The position numbers and the translations under genes are program-made. The notes below the pieces were generated by a model, which did no database searches, was not told where the DNA came from, and was given only the letters and a program-made list of their open reading frames with translations. Shown here piece after piece: positions 53,101 through 64,000 of a stretch of DNA of 64,000 bases. Within the stretch, counting starts at the first letter, position 1; every line of letters begins with the position of its first letter. Origin of the DNA: Proteromonas lacertae (Eukaryota); NCBI GenBank assembly GCA_002245135.1, contig NGBS01000589.1, forward strand, positions 124,001-188,000, read 5' to 3'.

Positions 53101-56100
53101 TCTTTGAAGTTAAACTATTTGCATATTGAATCATATGATATAACTGTCTTCCAGTATATTTTGAATAAATAACAGTAGAAGAATATTTTGAACCAAATAC
53201 ATTCATTATATTGTCATTTATTGTTTCGTATAGATTCTTATTTTGACATTTAATTATTTGGTTTAATATCTTTTGTATAATTGGATCATGGAGTATATCT
53301 TTAAAACCATTTCTATCAAATAATTCGTTAAATAAATCACTTATTTCGCAATAAATAAATTCCTTTTTAAAGCCATCAATATTATTAAGTTTTAATACCA
53401 ACTCCATTGTGTTTAGAATACTTTTGCTTAATGGTTCTGAATAAGAACCATCTGTTGATATATAAATATTAATGATTCTATATAACCTTAATAAACCTAT
53501 ATCATAACCTTCTAAACTTGATAATTCTGAAAAAGTATTTACAAATAATAAATTACTTGGATTTAATGGAACACTTTCAATCTGATTGTCCATCATAAAT
53601 GAAAAGGCAATTATTGCTAATAATTTACATTTCTTCATTAAATATTCTATGTCATCTTTACTTTTTAACTCATTTGTGTGTAAAATATGTTCAAATTCAT
53701 TACAAGATAAATTGCTAGATTGTAAAGAAGGTGATAGTATTTGTAATAAGAATAATATATTATTGCCATAACTATCTTGATATAAAGTTATATTTGGATG
53801 AATTGAAAGAATAACTAAGAATCTACATATCTGATAAATTACATCTATATAATAAAAATAATAACAAAATAAGAATATATATATATATACTTATATCATT
53901 TGAATGAAATTTCAACTTAGAATACCATTCTAAACTAATAGATTCTATATTAACCACTTCATTGATATTAAATCCATAATAATTACATTCTTTCAATGGA
54001 GAAATACCTCTTGATAAAGAAACATTCTCACTTTCAGGTATTATATATCTATACAAATTATGTTCATCAATTGCATGATTCTTTATATTATCTAGAACTA
54101 AACGCCATATATGAAATGTACCAGAACTACTTGATTTGAATGTAATATCTTTTACATCCATTGTATCAAGTATAGAAACTGTACTAGCATTATTATTATT
54201 ATTATTATTATTATTTACATTTGTATTTCCAATTTTTGAGGTAAATAAAAATGTAATTGATAGATCTGATTCAACCGCAGATATTGAAATATTATTAATT
54301 CTAAACTTTGCTATTGGTGGTGATTTATAGTATTTATATTGATATATAAAATTCTCATCTATTACGAATAAATAAGGAGTTGAAGTTGACATTATTAATC
54401 GATTGTTACTTTGAAATAAAAATCCTTTTCTATAAGCCCAAGGTAGTAATTCAGCTGGGGGAATTGAACCATTAGTTAATCGATTATTAAAGGTTTCTAA
54501 AACAGCTACAGAGATAGAACGACTGTTGATGTAAAAACATGAAAATAAATCTTTTACAGACAATATATTGAGTATTGTTTTATTATCATTCTCATCTGTT
54601 TTGAAGATCTTTTTTAGTATTTCTATTGATAATTCTGATATAGATTTATTACTTGAAGTTGTTATGTCTTTCAAATTCTGTATAATATTTGGAAATTGTT
54701 TATATATTGTCAATTTCATTGAAAAGTCTTCGATTGATCTATTTATTGCTAATAGTAATGCATTTGTAATATCTTCATCACTATCTGCTAATAGATTAAT
54801 CATTATTGACATTAAATCAGAATTTTCATTTAAAAACTTTCTATTATAACCATAATATAAAAACAACTCTGCTAATAAACTAACACAATAAAATACATTC
54901 TTTAAATTCAATTTTGACTTTAAATCTTTATTACTTATGTTTGCGTTATTATCATTTTTATTAGAACTACCTGTATTTACAGTTAAAACTGTGTTTAATA
55001 TTTTCACTAGTATTGTATAACAACAAGAATCTTTGATTAATTTCTCAGTATAAGAATCAGCTACTAGAAATGATACAACATAACAGAATTTCGGTGATGT
55101 TGGCATATAATTCACTAACTCTTGAAAACCTCTATTGTTTAAATAATCACATATTTCAATCTATATAAGCAATAATACATTAATATATATACTCTTTTTT
55201 CATCATTTTCTTTTGGTTTTACATATTCAATAAGAATTGATCCAATTAATTCACCTGTACTGATTGTACATGTCTTTTTATCACATAATAATTCCATTAA
55301 TACTTCAATTCCATCTAAATAATAATAATAATATATATATATATATATATATACTTTTTCCTTCATCACATTTTGCATTCCATAAATCATTATAAGGAAT
55401 ATTTGTCTCTGTATGTTGAATCATTGTATATAGTAATGAAACTATGTTATATATCATTTCTATTGTTCTTTCACTGTTTAATTGATAATAATTCTCTCTC
55501 TATTTATAATAATAATAATAATAATAATATACATTATTAATTTGGTTTATCATCAATGGAATATAATTTGACGTAAGTACAACACTATCCAAATTACATT
55601 CTTCATTATCCAATATATATAACAACGATTGTGTACATCTATAAATAATAGTCTCAATACCACTGTTAAACAATAATAAAATCCTTTCTAAACCTAATTC
55701 AGATGGAATTGAATCATTTCCGTATAACTGTGACAATGTTCTCATCGAATCTTCTTCTAAATAACCATCAAATTTCTCCAAACATTGTACTAAATAAGGT
55801 AATCCTTGTCCTATACCAACTTCTATCTGTATTCTTGATCGTATTTCCTTAGATGTTGTATTAGAGACCATTGAACAAAGTGTGTTGATTAGTGTTTTAT
55901 CTAAGGTTTTGATTGGATGTAACATTCTTATAGTAGCATATTCTGATTTTGAATCATCTAATGGAGTTGAAGCAGCTGGTGATGTAACTACACTACTTGT
56001 TGATGTTGCTACTGATGTTGGTGTTCCTAATAGAATCTCTTCTTTCAATGCATTTCTTCTCATATTCACTGAATGTAAGGATGATCTTTTCTTGAGAGTT

Positions 56101-59100
56101 ACACTGGAAGTTGAACTACTCAATTCTTCAGGTGGAGACATATCATCATCTTCACTACCACTACTTCGATTATTACTATTAGATTTTGGTGTATTATTAT
56201 TTAATAATTTCTTATTACTAAATGTTTTCTTTAATAATTCATTACTATCAGTATGTCTTCGTGATTTAGGTGATGAAACTGATGGGTTTACTCCTCTTGG
56301 AGCAGATACAGGAATTGCATCATCATTCACTTCAATATGTAAGACTGGAGGTGGTGGTATAACAGGAATAGTTGAATTATTCTGTAATAATTCAGTAGAT
56401 ACATAAGGTTGATATATATCTGCTTCTTCTTCTTGTTGTTGTTTTTGTTGTTGTAATTGATGTTTATGTGTTGATGATGGTGAAACTGATGGTTTCTTAC
56501 CTAACATTGGCATTGGAGGAGGTAAATCACTCATTATACTCATATCTATACTGTTATTCCTACTATTATCTTTAATATGAACAGATAATCTCTTCTTCAA
56601 TGGGAATGTAGTTGTTCTAGGAGTGATGGATGTAAAGTCCATTTCTTTGGATATAATGATTCTGTCTGTACCTTCACCTACTGAATGTCTTCTTCGATGT
56701 TTCATATGATATACTTCTTTTGGTTTATTATTGTCATTATTATTAAGAAAGTAATCTTCATCATTATCATCATCATTATCACCTTCATTACCATCTTTAC
56801 TATTCTCATTATTATTACTATTGCTACTGTCTGTACTTTTCTTTACCTTTTTCTTAATCTTATCAAAATCTATAGATGATAATGTATTTTCATTAATTGA
56901 CATATGTAATGCAGAATATACAGCTATATTACATGATTGTGCTCTGGATATAAACACAGGTTTTTTGGACTTTGTTTTTTTATTCAATGGATCAAAAGTA
57001 GGTGATGAAATATATATATGCTTAGCAACTTCAATATCGTTACCATCATCATTATCACCATTATTATTATTGTCATTCTTTTTCTTAATAGGCGAAGTAT
57101 ATTCAGACTCATTGACAATATCTAATTCATTATTATCATTATTTCTATGATGATGACGGTGATGATGGTTATGATTAGGTTTTATCATTTCTTTTGAAGG
57201 TGTAATATGATATACATCATAGGAACTTGCTCTAGATCGAACTCTATCAACAGTTGAACATGCTCTACTTCGGAATATATCCATCATTTCTCCATTTAAG
57301 ATTGATGAATTGAGACTTGGTTTTCTACTGTTTACTACTGATGGATTGAGTGATGGAAATAATGGAGTAGACATATCCATTTCTTCTTCATCTAAACAGC
57401 TACTATTTTCATTATTTTCATTATTATTATTTTCTTGGTATATGTTGCTATTTTCATCAACTTCAGGTGTTGTTAGTTTATTTACATTGATAATTTCTGT
57501 TAAGGCATTATATTCAACTAATTGTGCAATTGAAGCTGGTTTATATTTGAATATATTTTGTCTATTTAATATATTATAATAATAAATATACAATAATAAC
57601 AGTATAGCCATCACTAATTCCTGATATTTCTGTTCTGTGCTATATCTCAAGTGTTTTGGATATAATTCTAATGGATGATTAACTGAATTAATATTCTCCA
57701 ATGACTGTGAACAAGAACATAATATTTGATAAATAGCTAAAAGTATTTCTTGTTTAATCTCAGAGGGAGGTAATCTAATAATTTTATCTAAATCATCTAT
57801 TTAATAATAATAATAATAATATATATATATATATATACTTCTATTCTGATTATTCTCATAATATAATAAATAATCTTCTTCTTCAATAACTAAACAGTTT
57901 ATAACACTCATTAAGATATTATAATTTTTAGTGATGAAATATCTACAATCACTTTGTAATGATAAAGTTGACAATATCTGTAATATTGATAGCGTTATTT
58001 CTGGTGGAACAATAAACTGAAATTTCTTTCCAACTTCAGGTAAAAACGAAGTATAAGTTTGTAAAATCTGAGAATTACATATCAAAGATAATGTAATAAC
58101 AAAGCCTAATTCATAGTTAATATATTTATCTTTTATTTTGAATTTATCAGGTAATATTCTTTCACAATTATTCCAATCATTCATCTCTTTATCATCACTC
58201 AAACTCTTTAATAATATTAAATATAATTCACTCAATCTATCTTCATTAATAGTGTTGTTATTGATTAGTTTTAATCTTATATCTTCTCTTTCAGGATGTT
58301 GGATTATGATATTGTGAGTTTTGGCAGATTCGTCAACATTGTTTTCTAATTCACAAGCTATAAAATAAATAAATAAATATTAACAATATATATATATATA
58401 TATATTCATACTAGATAATAGAAACTTCCTAATTGCTACTAGTTTATTCTCTGAATTCATATACTGTATAATATAATTATCAATAACTACCAATTGACAG
58501 TTTAACTCTTCTTCCGTTTGAAATATTGAGTTTACATTAAAATCAAAATATGGTAATCTTAAGTTGATTAGTGGATAATCTGGTATTACTGTATGATATA
58601 CAATTGCAGATAAATGGTTTAAGACTACATCTAATATATTGAAATTGGGGATTTGAAAGAATTTTGTATAATTCTTTTCATCCATTGAACTATATATATA
58701 TATATATATGAAGAAATTAAGAAAATAATAAATAAAAATACTATAAAATTGTATCTGAATAATCTTCATTCATTATTATTGATAATAAATTATCTATATC
58801 TTTTTCATTTGATTCATAAAGGTCAGGATCAAGCAATAGCTTGAATGAATCTGATTTTATTAACTCTTCTATACAATCTGGTCCTTTTTTACAAATTAGT
58901 GTTAAAAACGCTATTACAAACTTTTGAGCTGTTAAATACTTAATAAATTGTATGGTTGATAGCCAGACTGGTGTATCGATTTGGATTAAAGGATAGTGTG
59001 TTATTATTTTGATTAATGTACAGATAAGCTATTTCATTATATATAAATAACACCGATACTTCGCAAATGCACGATGGTGAGTAAGTAGGACGATGGCTAA

Positions 59101-59460
59101 AAGCAGCTGCTAGTGTTTCTATGTATTGTGGTTTAATTATGGCATCTGATTCATCAATTATCATCATATGTAAATATAAATTAAATTAAACTAGTATGCA
59201 ATTATTTAAAAAAAGATATGCTTCACCATCTCTGGATTTTTATGTATCTTTTCGTTAATACTGGATATAATCTTTTCAACATTTTTAGACTAGCATAGAA
59301 TAACAAAAAATAATATACTGCATGGTTTGACACACAAGGGAAGAAATTACAGTATTCTTTACCTTGAACTCTTGACTCAAGTAAATTCCAATCATCTAAA
59401 AACTCTCTAGCTTCATCTAATTTATAAAAAAGTGTTAGACATACCTTCAGAGCTTGCCAT
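50112..59460 (-). CDS. Very large multi-exon ARM-like helical-repeat protein with PH-like segments and low-complexity inserts
   Basis: ORF-track pieces join in frame through short GT-AG introns at the junctions checked, plus one AT-AC intron; PH-like RKGFLFQ...LFVIDENFIYQYK and KWKGVY...IISEDNILYIY. Confidence 0.65.
52507..52596. repeat. (TTTATC)x15 coding repeat = poly-DK
   Basis: Direct reading; in frame in the 51139-52770 exon. Confidence 0.9.
59170..59219 (-). other. AT-AC (U12-type) intron, 50 nt
   Basis: AAG C|ATATCTTTTTTT...TTTAATTTATATTTAC|AT ATG restores the frame; the nearby GT-AG alternative runs into TGA. Confidence 0.75.
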
Positions 59461-59912
59461 TCATTAAAAGTAAATTCAGTTGATGAAAACTATCCGTTTC
59501 ATTCAAAAAGAATAAATTAAGAAGCATGCACCGAATATATGGATTAGTATGCATTTTATAATGCATCCTGGATAAAAACAACTGGAGAAAGAAAGTGTAA
59601 ATTAGAGTAATAGTCAATTGACTTTCACAAACAAAAAGTATAATTATTTTATTATTTATTTTCATCCTTGATTAGAATTTTTATCTTATAATTATCAGTA
59701 TTAAAATGGAACACTATTCAATGACTTTATTAAAAACACAAAAATAATCAAATAACAGATCTAATATATCATAGTAATGTTTTTATCTGTTTTTAAATTT
59801 TATTGAGTGAAGAAAATGAGATTATTCAAAATCAATTTGAATTGATAATCTATTTTGAAACAAACATCAAGCTTTCTTTGCCGTTTTTTCTTTTTTTATT
59901 GTTTTAAAAATT

Positions 59913-62900
59913 ATGAGTTATGGAACAGGAGTATTTTACACATTAAATGAAGATAGATCATCATATGCTTTACAAGGAATTAATGGTATTAGATTGAGAC
60001 AATTTGCTAATGGATATGATAGAGCTGCAGTTATATCAGACCAAGGAAAAATAAGTTGGGTTTGTGGTGGTCCAGAACCTGGAAGTGAAATGGAACAAAT
60101 ATTTGATTCTTTAAAAGTTGTTTCTATAACTTTCTCAAAAGACTTTGCAATATTACTAGATGAAGATGGTAAATTATATTCTTGGGGAATAAATAAAAGT
60201 GGACAACTAGGACATGGTCATTTAGATGATTTACTAATACCACATAATATAGATATGATTTCTCGATTTCATGTTACTCAAGTTGCATGTAGTGAAACAC
60301 ACTGTGCATGTGTAACTAAAACTGGTGGAATTTACACTTGGGGTAGAGGATTTGAAGGTCAGACTGGTTTATTCTACAGTCGTCCAATGAACGATAATTA
60401 TCCACAAGGAATTACACTAAAACCAACATACATATCATTTTTTACAGGTAAAAATGTAAAGAAAGTGGCTTGTGGAGCTGATTTTACTGTTGTTTTAACT
60501 GAAGATGGTTCATTATATACATTTGGGAATAATAATTTAGGACAATTGGGAAGTGGAAATAAAAATAGATCATATTTTCCACTATTTATTGTATCTGGCG
60601 AAGATAGGAAGTTTGAAGATATTTCATGTGGTGTTGCTCATACAATGGCAAGAACTACAGAAGGAGAAGTATTTGGATGGGGATCAAATGTATATATTAT
60701 TTATTTATTTATTTATGTAGTTGTTTGGTCAATTAGGCTTTCCAAAAGAACAAAAACTTATCTTAGGACCACAGAAATTAATAATCAATGAAACAATTGG
60801 TGATTTTTATGATATTTCATGTTCAAACAATGTTAGTTCAGTTGTTGATTTTGAAGGTCATGTTTGGGTGATGGGTTATAGAAATACACCTGTTTTTAAT
60901 CAATACAAAGATGTGTATAAATGATTATTATTATTAATAATAGATTAATATCAGATACGAATATACTACCACCAACATTATTGAATTATAAAGACAATTA
61001 CCTCACTAATCATGTATCAATCGGTTATCAACATATGTTAATATTTGTACCAACTTATATCTCTGAAATTGTTCCATCCACTGGACCATTAGCTGGTGAT
61101 TCTCCAATCGTATTAAAAGGATGTGGTTTCTTTAATTATCTAAATATTCCAATCACTGTAAGATTCAATTTTGGTCCACAACAACCTGTGCAATATATCA
61201 CTGGATTTTATGATCCTGAAAGTGATACAATTACATGTAATACACCTCCTTGTCAGCCAGAAGAGATTAAAATAGAAATGAGTGATTCAGAGGAAGAAAC
61301 AGACACAGATGAAGATAGTTCTAGAAAGAATAGTGCAAGAGAAAAAGCTAAAAAAGAAGAAGAAGAAAGAAAAAGAAAGAAAGAAGAAGATGCTGCAAAA
61401 GAGTTATCAATCGCTGCTTCAATTGATATTTGTTTGAATGGTGAAGATTTTACAGATGAAGGAATTCAATTTGAATATTATGTTACTCCAAAGATCAACA
61501 ATATTATTCCAGTTAATTGCCAATGTGATATACCAACTATCATTTCATTTTATGCTACAAGTTATGGAAAAGCTCCAACCGATAATATTAAAATTATGTT
61601 TGAAGAGATTATTGAACAACCTCCTAAAGAAGAACCAAAAGTGGAAGAAGAAGAGGAAGAAGAAATTATATCAAATAGTTCAGATGAAGATGAAGAAAAT
61701 GAAAGTAAAAAGGAAATAATGAATGAAGAACAGAGTGAAGGTAAAGTAAGTGAAATGCCATCTACAGATGATTCAAAAGCTCAAACAGTGTTTGTGAATG
61801 AAGAAAATAAAGAAGGAGAAGTAAATGAAAAGATGAACATGAATGAATTAGGAAGTGAAATACAACAATCTGAATCTCAACAACAGCAACCAGAAGGAGG
61901 AGAAGAAGTAGAAGAAGAACCAGAATCAACAGAACCACATCAAATAGTAATTCAAGCTTTTATGAATGAAGTACCAATAACAGATCCATGTATAAATATA
62001 TTATTTATATATTTATTATTATTTGTATATATAGCATGTGAACCAATATTGAAAGATTATCCAGAGTTGCAAGAACAATTACAGGAGATAAGAGCACAAC
62101 AAGAAGCTGAGAGATTATTCCAACTAAGTGTACAACAACAACAATTAGCAGAAGAACAAAGACAACAAAAACTATTAGAAGAACAACAACAAGTAGAACA
62201 GCAACAATTAGAAGAACAACCGATGGAACAGTCGGAAGAACAACCACAAGAAAATGTACAACCAGAACAACAACAACCAGAAGAAGAAACTCAACAATCA
62301 GTTGAAGAACAACAACCAGAACATTCTGTAGAACAAGAGCAATTACTACCACCTGAACAACAACAACAATTAGAGGAACAACAACAGCAATTCAGTAATA
62401 TTCCAACATTAAAGATTTTACAATGTACAACTCCAGTGTTAGATTTCCCAATTAAAAAACCAATGAGATGTAAAGTCAAAATAGCAATGAATGGAATGAA
62501 TTTCGATGATATTGAAGGATTTGAATTTATATTCTTCGATATTAAATTAAAGTCAGTTATTCCAGGTTATATATCCAGTGAAGGTGGTTATTTATTAAAT
62601 ATAAATGGAAGTGGATTTGTTTCAGGTTTGACACATCAATTGAGATTACAGTATGGTGAAGAAGTTACACATTATGATTGTGAATTTGTCAATGGTAATT
62701 TACTTACTTTATCAGCTCCTAAATTAGATATGACTTGTATTCCTCCACCACCAACATTTGAAAAGAATAATTTACCATCACAACAACCACAAGAAGGAGG
62801 AGAAGGTAATGAAGATAATAATGAAACATCAGCTGAAGGTGGAGAAGAAAAGAAGGAAGAAGTAGAAGAAGAGGAAAAGAAAGAAGAAAAAGAAGAAACA

Positions 62901-63860
62901 AAAGAAGAAGGAGATGAAGAAAAACAAGAAGAAGAAAATAAAAAAGAAGAGACAGCTCCAGAAGTAAAGAAAGATTGTTTAAGACAATACGAAGCTTCAA
63001 TTACATGTAATGGTAGAAATTACTCTAACACATATCCATACATTGTATATTCAGGAGAATTTACAGATATTTCTCCAAGATTTGGTCAGAAAGAAGGAGG
63101 AACACTTGTATCAATTATTCCTAATTCTCCAATATTACATGAATTAACACCAGAACAATCAGAGTTTATTAAAGTCACAATCAAGTCAAAAACACAAGAA
63201 GAAACTCTTCCAGCTGTATTTAATGTTGAAAAGCAATGTATTGAATTTACTACACCAAAATTAATTGAAATTGAACCACCTCCAGAAGCAGTTCAACCAA
63301 AAGGAAAAGCAGCTGAGAAAGCTAAACCTGATAAAGGAAAGAAAGGTAAAAAAGATGCTAAGAAAGAATCACCAAGAATGTCAGAAACTGCAACAGCTGC
63401 TGGTGAAGAAGTAACACCTGAACCTGAGATTATCGTCACTGATCCAATAATGAAATTGATTGTTTCATTAAATCAATATGAGAATATACAATTATCTGAT
63501 GAAATTGTTTATACATATTTACGTATATATAATTATTTATTATAAATAGCAATTCCCGAATTAGTAGCAGCAAAACCAAACACACTCAAACCAGATGGAA
63601 GTGTTAATTTCACAGGAAATGGATTTGTCCAATCAAAAGATATCAAATTTAAAATCGTTTCAGATTATCTATTAGAGCCTGTGTATGTAGATGGAACATG
63701 TTCTGATGATTGTAAGACAATTCAAGCAACATTCCCTGCACTTCCTCCACAACAAAACGATGATCCAAAATTGAAGAAATCCGGTTATCCAGCTAGAATA
63801 TCAGTTACATTAAATTTGCAAGAATATAGTAATGAAATTAATGTCACTATAAAGTTTTAA
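59913..63860 (+). CDS. RCC1-repeat plus IPT/TIG-domain protein with E/Q-rich inserts
   Basis: LYSWGINKSGQLGHG, VACGADFTVVLTEDGSLYTFGNNNLGQLG; IPT-like ISEIVPSTGPLAGDSPIVLKGCGF, SVIPGYISSEGGYLLNINGSGF. Confidence 0.85.
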
Positions 63861-63943
63861 TTATTAATAATACATTCATTTATTGAACTTTTGTTAAGAA
63901 CAAGTATAAACAAATATACAAAATCAATAAACGATATAAATTA

Positions 63944-64000
63944 CTATTCTGATGGTTTTTCCGTTTTTCTCTTCTTCTTTTTCTCCGATCCTTCTTTATT
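63944..64000 (-). CDS. 3' end of a gene extending beyond the window
   Basis: NKEGSEKKKKRKTEKPSE followed by TAG TAA. Confidence 0.4.
   Translation of the reverse strand, partial: NKEGSEKKKKRKTEKPSE

Noticed and set aside
59447..59665. 72-aa ORF and ATGCAT hairpin in the leader of the giant gene
   Set aside because: Short AT-rich palindromes arise by chance; no RNA family signature
1..64000. Genome-wide stop-codon reassignment (TAA/TAG as Gln or Glu)
   Set aside because: Conserved genes end at TAA (Rab11), TAG (SmD2, Rab) and TGA at the expected positions; the other ORF breaks I traced are explained by short introns

Overview
AT-rich (roughly 25% GC by eye), gene-dense eukaryotic nuclear DNA with very short spliceosomal introns (mostly ~24-45 nt, GTAT...TAG), so most ORF-track entries are exons. 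Intron size, GU-rich (TGTTTGTT-like) elements after stops and a PA14/He_PIG surface protein suggest an Opalinata stramenopile (low-GC Blastocystis or Proteromonas-like); this is inference. I spliced about 26 genes by hand: SEL1L, kinesin, two Rabs, SmD2, BLOC1S4-like, TFIIF-beta, FrnE-like, CCCH/RanBP2 zinc-finger protein, EMC7, NBP35, FKBP, a membrane tandem kinase, an axonemal-domain protein, UFD1-like, TEX264-like, PTEN-like, an ARM/PH giant and an RCC1-IPT protein. Most notable: (1) a divergent kinase family fused to different repeat sensors, one a TPR array of identical 141-bp exon+intron cassettes with mostly non-synonymous variation, one an LRR array, plus a decayed third copy, suggesting a modular receptor system; (2) a Myb-PHD chromatin protein containing a bacterial-type EVE domain; (3) a membrane-anchored PUB-like/GH85 ENGase fusion; (4) an AT-AC (U12-type) intron; (5) a 1160-bp hAT element with an 8-bp TSD; (6) two in-frame TAA codons in a large surface-protein gene; (7) a recurrent AAGCTTGA promoter motif; (8) a candidate structured ncRNA. 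Domain calls come from motif recognition, not database searches.
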